Positions 25,038 to 37,415 of a stretch of 64,000 bases of DNA are shown piece after piece (positions within the stretch are counted from its first letter, which is position 1; each line of letters begins with the position of its first letter). The stretch is from Octopus sinensis (taxonomy: Eukaryota), in contig NC_043015.1 in NCBI RefSeq assembly GCF_006345805.1, positions 44,950,001 through 45,014,000 of the forward strand. The letters are read 5' to 3'. The notes beneath the pieces are model-generated. The model worked only from the letters and a program-made list of their open reading frames with translations. It ran no database searches and had not been told where the DNA came from. Made by a program: the position numbers and the translations under genes.

Positions 25038-26094
25038 AGTAAGAAGCAATGGGATTGATAGAAAAGAAGAGTAATTTTAGCTGTAAGATCACCAACAAAA
25101 GACATTATTTTAAATGCTCAGAAGACCTCATTAGAAGTAGCTGATAGCTTCTCATTATCTAAATGACCAAATTAGTAGTGGAGGAGAGTATTTTGAAAAT
25201 TATAGCAGCCAGAGTAAGAATGGGGGTTGAAAATTTCAAAGAAAGTAACAAAGAGATTTTCTCTTAGAGATGACATGATGGCTGAGTATGAAGTATAACA
25301 TTACATTGTAGTAAGACATGGAATGCAGTGGATCTGTGGGATAGGAGCTAGGGAAAATAATTGGGCATGCATGCTCCAGTGGGCATGTAATGTTAATGGA
25401 AGATTGCACTATTGTGAGGTGTGTTGATGGAGCTCTTTTTTGTTCTTCACTTGATCATCCCAGTGTTCAGCGTTGTCTTCAGTTGTCTCCCTTCTTTACA
25501 TCACTGGCTTACTCGCCTTCGTGTCTAACATGACACATCTTTTCATTCTTCTCTAACATTCTCCAACCATGCATTATCCATTCACAAACTAGGTACCACA
25601 CACCAGCCCCCACACCAATACCATGAAGTGAGACCTTGAAAGCCTCCTTCAATGGAAATATTACCAATCTAGTGTCTTTCAACAAGAACAAAATCTAAAG
25701 CCACTTATATCAAGAAAACCTCATCTCAAGTCCCTTTTCAAACATGAGCAACACAACTAGAGCCCTCACAATTGCTCCAAATATTCTTCAGGTCTCAGTA
25801 AGGATTTCTCCTGACGAAAGCACATCCTTAACATAGCTAGAACCAATGACTAACACTTCTCTTCAGAGATATGATACATTTTTGATAATGATGTTCGTAG
25901 AAAACAAGGTTTCACATAATGAAGGTTAGTCATGGCTATATAGTTAAGAAATTCACTTCACAATTTGTGGTTCTGGATTTTATCCCACTTCCAGGAGCCT
26001 TAGGCAAGTGTCCTCTACATAACCTTGGGTTGACCAATGCTTTGTGAATCCAGTTTGGTAGAAGGAAACTGCAGAAGCTTGTTATATACCAGAA

Positions 26095-26601
26095 TTTCTT
26101 TATTGCCCACAAGGGGCTAAACACAGAGGGGACAAACAAGGACAGTCAAAGGGATTAAGTCGATTACATCAACCCCAGTGTGTAACTGGTACTTAATTTA
26201 TCGACTCCAAAAGGATGAAAGGTAAAGTCAACCTCGGCGGAATTTGAACTCAGAATGTAACAGCAGACGAAATACCGCTAAGCATTTCACCCGGCATGCT
26301 AACGTTTCTGCCAATGTATTCTGTAAAGTGGTTTGCATTAGGAAGGGCACACAGCTGTAGAAATTCTTTACAGAATACACTGGCAGAAACGTTAGCCCGC
26401 CGGGCAAAATGCTTAGTGGTATTTCATCAGCTGTTACATTCCGAGTTCAAATTCTGCCACGGTTGACTTTACCTTTCATCCTTTTGGGGTCGATAAATTA
26501 AGTACCAGTTACACACTGGGGTTGATGTAATCGACTTAATCCCTTTGACTGTCCTTGTTTGTCCCCTCTTTGCTTAGCCCCTTGTGGGCAATAAAGAAAT
26601 G
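26095..26601. mobile_element. Two SINE-B copies head-to-head (26095-26313 minus; 26378-26601 plus)
   Basis: Family match in opposite orientations. Confidence 0.85.
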
Positions 26602-26678
26602 AGAATACATTGGATACTTTTTATGTTGCATCAGCACCATGTTTGTTTGTATGTATGTATGTATGTATGTCAGGTCAC

Positions 26679-27124
26679 TTTTTTGTAAAGTAAGGAAAGG
26701 CTGTGCACTGAGTCAATCCCACTCACTAAGCAACAGTAGCCATAATCCGAAAAGAAGAGCAAGTCAACATCATCAGTAATCACTGAGCCGCAGGTTTTAT
26801 GTCGGAGTTATCCCAGTTACCTGAGTTACCTTCTCCTAGAAGGATGCCCTAACAAAGGCTAGGAGTCCTTCACTCCCAATGGTTTAATCGCGCAATCGGG
26901 TATTCAGTCCGATTATTTCTATGTCCCCGCGCATGATACAGCCTTAAGACATTTATTGGATGGCCGTTGACTCTCAAGAGTTCCTCCGCCCTTTGACGGG
27001 TTTTGTTTTTCATCCCGCAGTGGTTACTGATGATGTTGACTTGCTTTTCTTTTCGGATTGTGGCTGCTGTTGCTTAGTGAGTGGGATTGACTCAGTGCAC
27101 AGCCTTTCCTCACTTTACAAAAAA
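26679..27124. repeat. 107-bp inverted repeats around a 232-bp core
   Basis: 26679-26785 versus 27018-27124, about five mismatches. Confidence 0.9.
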
Positions 27125-27432
27125 TCTTCTTGCACAGGCATTGCACGATAACAACATTGACTAAGCTTCGTGCAATGGCCATACTCGATAACGAGGGGGC
27201 AGCCACCATGTACAACATACAGGCGACACTTGCTGAAGTGGCTGCACAGTGGAGCTGAACCTAAAACTGTGTGGTTAGAAAGCAAGTTTCTTAACCACAG
27301 AGCCAATATTGCTTTTTTTTTTTCCAACATAGAATATGTTTGGGATGGTCAGTATTTTTGGGGTTTTTTGCCGAATAACCACACACACTATATATTCATT
27401 CTTCACTCATTTATTACAGTTCAAATTTTAAC

Positions 27433-27783
27433 AAGCACCGTCCGTTCGTGGCCGTTTGCCAGCTCTGTCTGGACCCGTGTCGGTGGCATGTAAAAGCACC
27501 ATCTGTTCATGTCCGTTGCCAGCATCGCCTGGCCCCGTGCCGGTGACACGTAAAAGCACCATCCGTTCGTGGCCGTTTGCTAGCTCTGTCTGGCACTTGT
27601 GCAGGTAGCACGTAAAAAGCACCCACTACACTCACAGAGTGGTTGGCGCTAGGAAGGGCATCCAGCCGTAGAAACACTGCCAGATCTGACTGGGCCTGAC
27701 GAAGCCTTCCAGCTTCACAGACCCCAGTTGAACCGTCCAACACATGCTAGCATGGAAAGTGGACGCTAAATGATGATGATGAT
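27433..27783 (+). mobile_element. SINE-C with tandem internal subrepeats
   Basis: The gtaaaagcaccatc..gttc.tg.ccgtt.gccagc units repeat before the common 3' part. Confidence 0.85.
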
Positions 27784-27992
27784 CCATTGGACATCAGTTA
27801 AAATAAGAACAGTAACAAATGAGTGAAGAACGAATATATAGTGTGTGTGGTTATTCGGCAAAGATAAAAAAAAGACCATCCTGAAATATAACAATATCTT
27901 TTTCAACTCATGGTTTCAGATCAGGAATTCTGCAACACAAATTCATATGCATTTCTCATAAATTCTTCAGAAAATAGATAAAAAAAATTTAC

Positions 27993-28112
27993 CTCATCTA
28001 ATGACAGATGTGATGCTGACATCTCACCATATGATTGTTCATCATCTGTGGACGTAAAACTTGCATTGCCAACAGTCTGAATAATTTCCAGAGGAGGTGA
28101 GTTACTGTTGCC
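27993..28112 (-). CDS. 120-nt coding exon (GNSNSPPLEIIQTVGNASFTSTDDEQSYGEMSASHLSLDE), acidic/Ser linker
   Basis: Acceptor ttattatttttaag| and donor GAG|gtaaat. Phase 0-0 and open. Confidence 0.8.
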
Positions 28113-28639
28113 CTTAAAAATAATAATTAAGATTAAGTTTATAATGAGCAAAACAAATAAAGAAATAAATATAAATAAATGAAAATGAACAGAAAGATTA
28201 TGGCTTTTATACTGAAGCAAAAGAATCTGAAATTTTGACATTATAAGAAAACATTTCTGGAAAAGAAATAATTTAGTAAAATATGCTTTATACGCACTTT
28301 TGACAAGTTGTGGTGCACCTGAGCACTGTATACAATAATTTCATTATTATTATATATATATAATTAACAGAAAGTACTACATTCTCTTCTTCTTTTCCTT
28401 TTGCATTATCTCTCTTAATGTAATCAACTTTTAGAGAGAGAGCAAGTGGAGAGCGGGATTGTGTGTGTGTATGGGTGAAGAATAGGATGTGTGTGTGTAT
28501 ATGAGTGTGTGAATAAAGTATAGCATGTATGTGAACAAAGAACAGAACACAGTGAGTGAATACTAGGATGTGTATGTTCTTTTTGTTGAAAGTAACACAG
28601 GGGTGTGTTACAGTTAGATAATACTGATTTAAAATTTTG

Positions 28640-28838
28640 GCACAAGGCCAGAAATTTTGGAGGGAAGGGTCAAGGTGATTATATTGACCCAGCAAACAAA
28701 TGGTACTTATTTCATTAACCCAGAGAGGATGAAAGACAAAGTCGCCCTCGGCAGGATTTGAACTCAGAACATAAAGACAAATGAAATGCAGCTAAGCATT
28801 ATGCCCCGTGTGCTAACGATTCTACCAGCTTGCTGCCT
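28640..28838 (-). mobile_element. SINE-B-like, diverged
   Basis: Family match. Confidence 0.75.
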
Positions 28839-28866
28839 TGTTACAGAGGCATAATATTGATGTGAC

Positions 28867-28931
28867 AGCTCAGATGGTAAAGCGCTCGCTTAGCATGCGA
28901 GAGGTACCGGGATTGATGCCCGGATTCTCCA
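28867..28931 (+). pseudogene. tRNA-Ala(AGC) pseudogene, 5'-truncated, forming the head of a retroposed chimera
   Basis: The sequence is AGCTCAGATGGTAAAGCGCTCGCTTAGCATGCGAGAGGTACCGGGATTGATGCCCGGATTCTCCA. The anticodon arm is CTCGC-TTAGCAT-GCGAG. The 5' acceptor strand is missing and the T-loop reads ATTGA instead of ATCGA. Confidence 0.9.
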
Positions 28932-29183
28932 CAAGTTAAAATTTTAAGGCGGCGAGCTTGCAGAAACGTTAGCGCGCCGGGCGAAATGCTTAGGGGTATT
29001 TCGTCTGTCGTTACGTTCTGAGTTCAAATTCCGCAGAGGTCGACTTTGCCTTTCATCCTTTCGGGGTCGATAAATAAAGTACCAGTTTTGCACTGGGGTC
29101 GATGTAATCGACTTAATCAGTTTGTCTGTCCTTGTTTGTCCCCTCTATGTTTAGCCCATTGTGGGCAAAAAAAAAAAAAAAAA
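28868..29183 (+). mobile_element. Retroposed tRNA-Ala + SINE-B chimera with poly-A tail and 15-bp TSD
   Basis: AATATTGATGTGACA occurs at 28853-28867 and 29184-29198. An A-tract precedes the 3' copy. Confidence 0.88.
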
Positions 29184-29837
29184 AATATTGATGTGACAAC
29201 AGTATACCCCAACTAGTGTGTGTGTCACTTCATCTGTAATCACAGACCCACCATTAAGGCAGAGGCTTTGGGTTCAACTATACCATGTTAATCTGCAGAT
29301 CAGCAGTCAGTTAAATTGATTCCTGCACTTGGTACCTTATTTCCTTTAACCAAGAAGAATAAAAGGCAAAGTTGATAAAGGCAGGATTTGAACTCAAAAC
29401 ATAAAGAGCCAGAAGTATTGCCTGACTCTCTAACAGTTCAGCCAATTCACTGCACTAAAATAATTACATTCTGTGGACAAGATTTCAAGGTACAGTTAAA
29501 AGAAAATTCTAGTTATATTGACCTCAGAACCATCATTTTATTTATTGTGGTGAGTATATTTCACCACATTTTTCAATACTGCATCACTCACTCAGGGGGA
29601 CTTCTCTTACGAGCTGCCAGGTAACCTCACTAGCACAGGTGACATGAGAAAGCACCCAGTACACTCTGTAAAGTGGTCGGTGTTGAGAAGGGTAACCAGC
29701 TGTAGAAACCAGGCCAAAAGAAAAGACTACAGCTCAAAGGAGTTCTCTGACCGGTCAGATCCAGTCAGACTGTCCAGCAAGGGATGCAGACACTAAATGA
29801 CAATGATACTGACGAAATTGTGAGAGTGTGTGTTTAT

Positions 29838-30620
<783 letters not shown>

Positions 30621-32014
30621 GGCAGAAGTCCGCACCAGACTTCTGTGACTGTTTTGGCCTTTCATCACTTCAGCCAAAATCAATGGCAATTTGCTCTGTT
30701 GATGTGATAATAATCACATGACTTAGACATTATGGCAGAAATCTCAAGGATCACTACAATGAAAGATGTTGAACTACTGATCATGCAATCATGAGATCAA
30801 AACTTACAACTAAAGCCATTATCATGCCTCTGGGCAAGGTACATAACTCATTAACTGCTTGCATCAGTCTGCTTGACTGATAGGAGGCTTCCTCTCCTAA
30901 TTCATGACCGAGTGGTTAGAAGCAGTAGGAAATGGACATCCAGCTGTAAAAACAAAAGGTACATGTAGGTGTCTTCTGAGAAAGTTAAGACCAAGTTTTG
31001 CACAATGCTATTGTTAGAGTAGAAGTTTTTCTTCTCCAACAAATTAGTGTCCGTTAAACAGTCCCAACTTCGTACCCCTACTTACACTGAATCTTCAAAA
31101 GGATTCATACTCACAGACCATCACTTGTCTACCAGTTCAAGTGACCGAACAACACATAAATGTCTAAAATTGCAATAACAAAACAAACAAAAAACTGCTC
31201 CATGCATGCTTGTATAGATATATGGATGTAACACAATAAAAAAATATATATATTCAAAGGTTTAATTGAATTTGTAACAAAAGCATGCATCTCTATGGTC
31301 AGTTTAAAAACACGATACCAAGCATGCAGATAGATAGAATTAATATAACAATTTCAATGAGTATTAATTCCAAAATGGTTAATAAGATGGTAATTAAGAT
31401 CTAATAATTTAAGAATTAGAACTGTTAAACCAAAAATGCTACCTACCAAATTTTGCAATATTGTAAAAGGAAAATGCTAATTCAACAAAATTCAAATGAT
31501 TTCCTGGTATTATCAATTTGTACTTGAAGAAAATCAGTTAATGGTAAAAGTAGATGTAGAAAAGGAGAGGGCCCAAATGAAAATGGGGTTAGATTTCTGA
31601 ATTCAAATGATGATAAAAATAACACTGGGGAACATGGGTTTTTGTTGTCTGGTGTTGGAGATGTTATTTCCTAGTAATTTTGAGGGGCTGATTTCAAAAA
31701 TGAAATCCATTTTGCTCTACCATGTCAAGATTTTTTACAAACTCAAATGTCCGTTTTTGAACATTTCTGATATTACCACCATTTCTAACGGTAGATTTGG
31801 CTTCATCAAATGCAGGCCCATGTATGAAGCTTGACATAACTTTGAAAAGATAGTTATTCAATATCATTTAAAGTAAATACAACTACAAAAGTGGAAACAA
31901 AAGTCATGATTTAAGTATCTTCAGTAAATAAAAAGTATCAAACTTGAGCAACTTACACTATTTTCAATCTAACTAGTTTTAAATGTCATCACGATGACAA
32001 AAATGTCCTTTATA

Positions 32015-32922
32015 TTGGGTCATCCCATAAATAATGTATTTTTTTATACTTCTTTTATTTTTCAAAATCAAGATAAAAAAGGTTCTTTTTTAATCTAAAA
32101 TATACTCTCCCTCATTTTCTACAATGCTCTTCCATCTAACTAATAGACTTGCAAGGCCCCTCTTCCAAAATCCACTTGTCTGTGATGAAAAATACTCCTC
32201 CAGTACTGTTCTGACCACATCTACAGAATTCATATTTTTTCTGTCTGAATGATTTTGAAGACTGCAGAATAAATGATAATCAGATGGGGCAATGTCTGGC
32301 AAGTTTGGTGGGTGGGGCATCGTTTCCCATTCAAACTGCTCCAACCTATGGAATATCATCCTCACTGTAAGTGGCTGAGCATTATCCTTTCGTCTTGAAA
32401 GCAAAGATGTCATTTTTCTTCTAGTGCTGACTTGAACGACTGGTTGAATGACCAAATCTAGGCTTCTTTGCTAGTTCATCAACAGTTACAATGAGATTTT
32501 GCTCCACCATGATTTGCAGGACGTCCTCGTCAAGCTCTACAGATCTTCCAGGCCGAGGCTCGTCTTCTAGGCAGTAGTTTCCGGCTCAGAATTTCCGGAA
32601 CTACCGTTGACACTGGCTTATGCTTATTGTCCAATCCCCATATACTGCATTAATATTCCTCACACTTTCCATTGCATTGTTGCCTTAATTGAGCTCATAA
32701 AGCAAAATATGCCAAATATGTTCCATTGTCACTTCTATTATAGCTTTGAAAAAATAACTGTTAAAATCGAACTGCACTCTTCATAACTTGCACTAAGAAT
32801 AAGGACAAGGTAAAATTTCTACCTGCTTTTATAGCAAGTTGATGCATGTAGTTTATCCCGTCTCCCTCTGACTTTCAGTTCGTGCTATTGTAAAAAACCG
32901 TATTATTTATGGGATGACCCAA
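32015..32922 (-). mobile_element. Internally deleted mariner (Mos1/Hsmar1-like) with both TIRs and TA TSD
   Basis: TA-TTGGGTCATCCCATAAATAAT at the left end and its reverse complement at the right. The N-terminal HTH remnant is followed by HPPNLPDIAPSDYHLF...RWKSIVENEGEY (ORF 32090-32455). Confidence 0.92.
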
Positions 32923-33127
32923 TACAATTAAATGTTAATAAACAACACATTTCTGTGTTCCTTGGCATTAAACATGTCTCATTTTTGTGGAATTTGTCTG
33001 CAGGATGAGCAATGTTTGGAGACCATGTCTGGAACTGAAAGAAGCCTAGAATGCTTTTGCTACAGTTTTGTCTGGTTTCCTGGGAAACAGGAAATCATCA
33101 AATTAAGAACTTGTGCAGACTCTGTTA

Positions 33128-33412
33128 ACATCATCATCATCATCATCATTTAGCATCCGCTTTCCATGCTAGCATGGGTTGGACGGTTCAACTGGGGTCT
33201 GTGAAGCCAGAAGGCTGCATCAGGCCCAGTCTGATCTGGCAGTGTTTCTACGGCTGGATGCCCTTCCTAACGCCAACCACTCCGTGAGTGTAGTGGGTGT
33301 TTTTTACGTGCCACCCGCACAGGTGCCAGACGGAGCTGGCAAACGGCCACGGTCGGATGGTGCTTTTATGTGCCACCGGCACAGGGGCCAGGAGAGGCTG
33401 GCAATGGCCAGT
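33128..33412 (-). mobile_element. SINE-C
   Basis: Family match. Confidence 0.85.
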
Positions 33413-33665
33413 TTTCAAATACCGGACTGCATCATAAGTTTAGAAGGGTATTTTCTGTACAGTCATCTGGGATACTTCTCTGAAAATCATAATGCAATAA
33501 GTGATGAGCAAGGAGAAAAATTCCACCAAGACATTGAGACCATGGAGGCTGAATATCAAGGTAGGTGGAACACAGACATGATGGCTCACTACTGCTAGTC
33601 TCTGCAAAGTGACAGCCGTGATGCAAATTATTCACACAAAGCAGCAAAGAGAAAGTTCGTTCCCT
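33413..33665 (+). mobile_element. DNA-transposase C-terminal fragment (Chapaev3-like by recall)
   Basis: SLEGYFLYSHLGYFSENHNAISDEQGEKFHQDIETMEAEYQGRWNTDMMAHYC* matches the widespread SLKIHFLHSHLDFFPENLGAVSDEQGERFHQDI motif. The superfamily assignment is not verified. Confidence 0.65.
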
Positions 33666-33706
33666 TAATAGCTAAACTCCATTCTGACAAAAATATCTAT
33701 CCTAAG

Positions 33707-33868
33707 ATGTGGCTGTGTGGTAAGTAGCTTGCTTACCAACCACATGGGCCCGGGTTCAGTCCCACTGCGTGGCACCTTGGGCAAGTGTCTTCTACTATAG
33801 ACCAACCAAAGTCTTGTGAGTGGATATGGTAGACGGAAACTGAAAGAAGCCCGTCGTATATATGTATA

Positions 33869-33905
<37 letters not shown>

Positions 33906-34112
33906 GTGCGTGTGTGTGTCTGTGTTTGTCCCCCCAACATCGCTTGACAACCGATGCTAGTGTGTTTATGTCCCCATAACTTAGTGATTCGGCGAGAGAG
34001 ACCGATAGAATAAGTACTCGGCTTACAAAGAATAAATCCTGGGATCGATTTGCTCAACTAAAGGCGGTGCTCCAGCATGGCCGCAGTCAAATGACTGAAA
34101 CAAGTAAAAGAG
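33707..34112 (+). mobile_element. SINE-A
   Basis: Family match. Confidence 0.9.
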
Positions 34113-34214
34113 TAAATAAGTAAAAATCAGAAGGAATTCTTTAGGCCCCCACCCCAACACTACCAAAAAACAAAACAAAAAAAGTAAAACAATATCGATC
34201 ACTAATTCTATACT

Positions 34215-34410
34215 CTTTACTCTCTCTTTTACTTGTTTCAGTCATTTGACTGCGGCCATGCTGGAGCACCGCCTTTAGTCGAGCAAATCGACCCCGGGAC
34301 TTATTCTTTGTAAGCCCAGTACTTATTCTATCGGTCTCTTTTGCCGAACCGCTAGGTTACAGGGACGTAAACCTACCAGCATCAGTTGTCAAGCAATGTT
34401 AGGGGGACAA

Positions 34411-34450
<40 letters not shown>

Positions 34451-34620
34451 GTATACACGACAGGCTTCTTTCAGTTTCCGTCTACCAAATCCACTCACAA
34501 GGCATTAGTTGGCCCGGGGCTATAGTAGAAGACACTTGCCCAAGGTGCCACGCAGTGGGACTGAACCCAGAGCCATGTGGTTGGTTAGCAAGCTACTTAC
34601 CACACAGCCACTCCTGCGCT
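34215..34620 (-). mobile_element. SINE-A
   Basis: Family match. Confidence 0.9.
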
Positions 34621-34994
34621 ATGATATCATACATACAAAAAAGTAGCCCTGGTAACAGCAGAAAGATTGGTTATTTTACCCTTAAAGGATGGTATCAGTT
34701 CTGGGACTGTCTGCCGACAACTTTTTCCATCATATAATGGTAAAATACCCAATCTTTTTGCTGTTTTCATGGCTATTCTGTGTTTGAAATATTACCTCCT
34801 TGTCTGTATGATATGATATACATACAACACTTCCAAAAACACAAAAAAAGAGTTTGTTTATATATGTTATACATTCTATAGTTTCTACATAAAGGATACC
34901 CTAGTCTTCTCTTTAACACACACACACGCACACAAGGGGGTACTGGAAAGTTCATAACTTTGGGTAAAAGAAAATACAGATAATTAGGATTTTA

Positions 34995-35390
34995 TGCAGG
35001 AGTGGCTGTGTGGTAAGTAGCTTGCTAACCAACCACATGGTTCCGGGTTCAGTCCCACTGCGTGGCATCTTGGGCAAGTGTCTTCTGCTATAGCCCCGGG
35101 CCGACCAATGCCTTGTGAGTGGATTTGGTAGACGGAAACTGAAAGAAGCCTGTCGTATATATGTATATATATATATGTATGTGTGTGTTTGTGTTTGTCC
35201 CCCTAGCATTGCTTGACAACCGATGCTGGTGTGTTTACGTCCCCGCAACTTAGCGGTTCGGCAAAAGAGACCGATAGAATAAGTACTGGGCTTACAAAGA
35301 ATAAGTCCCGGGGTGATTTGCTCAACTAAAGGCGGTGCTCCAGCATGGCCGCAGTCAAATGACTGAAACAAATAAAAGAGTAAAAGAGTA
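34995..35390 (+). mobile_element. SINE-A
   Basis: Family match. Confidence 0.9.
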
Positions 35391-35398
35391 TATTCCAA

Positions 35399-35581
35399 AC
35401 TGGCCCTCGTGCCGGTGGCACGTAAAAAGCACCCACTACACTCTCGGAGTGCTTGGAGTTAAGGAAGGGCATCCGGATGTAGAAACTCTGCCAGATCAGA
35501 TTTGAGTCTGGTTCGCCAGACCTCAGTCAAATCGTCCAACCCATGCCAGCATGGAAAGCGGACGTTAAATGATGATGATGA
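35399..35581 (+). mobile_element. SINE-C
   Basis: Family match. Confidence 0.82.
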
Positions 35582-37244
35582 CTCCCTTCTCAGATTCACA
35601 CACTTACTGCAACGATCCTTCAGTTTTTCTAAGCCATATACAAGAACTCAGAAGGTTGAGCCTCCAACCAGGCCTTCCATGATACCCTTAAATTCAGGAA
35701 CTTTTCAGCACCCCTTCGTATAGGCATACCTACACAAATGTCTCTACCTGCTTTTATAGCATGCTGATGCATGTAGTTTATCCCGTCTCCCTCTGACTTT
35801 TAGTTCGTGCTATTGTAAAAAACCGTATTATTTATGGGATGACCCAATACAATTAAATGTTAATAAACAACACATTTCTGAGTTCCTTGGCATTAAACAT
35901 GTCTCATTTTTGTGGAATTTGTCTGCAGGACAAGCAATGTTTGGAGACCATGTCTGGAATTGAAAGAAGCCTGGAATGTTTTTGCTACAGTTTTGTCTGG
36001 TTTCCTGGGAAACAGGAAATCATCATTTTAGAAAAATTAATACTTTTTAACGAAATTTTTAGCAAATACCTTTCAAATCTTGTAGATTCCAAGTATATAG
36101 GAATTTATTTGGAAAAACATTTTCTGAGGGTGGGGAGAGGAGTTTTGGAAAAACTTACATAACCCTACTTTTTTTCATCATGACTTTCAGAAAAAAGGGT
36201 ATCGTTTAATAAAATTTTATAGAAATACCTTTCAAATGGCATAGATTACAATTATATAGGTATTTTGTTGGTGAAAAATTTTTTCCAAAGGGCTGCGTAG
36301 AGGAGTTTTGGAAAAATTCACACCAAGCCAGTTTAATGTTAGGAAAATACTGACTTGCAGGGAACTGCAAAATTTAAATGAGGGAGGTAAATCGCTGAGG
36401 GACACCAGCAACATGAAAATTAAGTCAAGCTAGATTCATTATACTTAATGTAACAAGAAAAGAAAAACCTATTAATTAATAACATGTAAGAAGAAAAGAT
36501 TAGCTCAATGATAATGACTAATATTAATTTAGCTTAATCTTGGCAAGTTTGGGTGACAACTCTGAACATGTTTCTATCTTATTAGGCCTCCTCAGTGGAG
36601 GAGGCCTAACAGGGCATACTAACCAGATTAGTGATGAGGGAGCCACTATGTTGATGTACAATAATGTACAGGAGCAGGTATCAAAAATAGGTATTTTCTA
36701 TTAGTTGTGTGACACATACTCATGAACATTATTTCAGAATTAGTGAATTAGCTACAAGCAGGAACTGAACCTGGTTCTCAGACTCAGTTTCTAGGAACTT
36801 ACCACCTAAGCTACGGTGCTTGCCCATTTGCACAAATACTGTAAAATAAAAGAAAATTGTTTCTATAAATGGAAAAATGGGCAAGGAGATGTGTACAAGT
36901 TACATAGCAGCCCACACTACAATTTTGATATGGTACGCAAAGGTGTCACAACTTTAATTTTATGATTAACCATTTTGTTTTTTGTTGGGGTTTTTTGTAT
37001 TTTTTTCAAATTTTAATTTAGCAAATCATAATGGTGATGCATCATCAAAGATAGTACACCACTAGTGACTGATGATTGATGTCAGGAAGTTCAGTAAATG
37101 TAACGCTGAGGAAAACAACAAATACGTTTTCAGTGGAACTGAATCCATAAATGACCACCCCAACTGATAGGCCACAATGTACTAGCGCAGCCACTAAATA
37201 AAAAAAACGCCTAATAATGATTTCGAATCTTAGCACAAGGCCAG

Positions 37245-37415
37245 AAATTTTCAGGGAGGGGGCTAAGTCAACTACATCAACCCCTGGGACTCAACTGGTA
37301 CTTGTTTTATCAATCCCCGAAAAGACGAAAGACAAAGTCAACTTTGGCAAAATTTGAACTCAGAAGAAATGCTGTCAAGCATTTTCAACTGGCATGCTAA
37401 CAATTCTGCCAGTTC
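37245..37415 (-). mobile_element. SINE-B-like, diverged
   Basis: Family match. Confidence 0.7.

Larger units (their letters stand above)
34932..35721. mobile_element. Mariner-type MITE carrying nested SINE-A and SINE-C insertions
   Basis: A degenerate left TIR caagggggtactggaaagttc pairs with the right TIR gaacttttcagcaccccttcg-TA. Confidence 0.6.

Noticed and set aside
28859-28931. Functional tRNA-Ala gene
   Set aside because: The 5' acceptor strand is replaced by TSD sequence and the T-loop and D-region are mutated. It is a retroposed pseudogene.
34952-35398. Recurrent ORFs of the ...MLGGQTQT...QIHSQG... and MDGSTGV... type
   Set aside because: These are chance frames through SINE-A and SINE-C copies, repeated at every insertion.
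37045-37236. Strong minus-strand acceptors suggesting another HECT gene exon
   Set aside because: Phase-0 frames stop almost immediately and there is no good donor.
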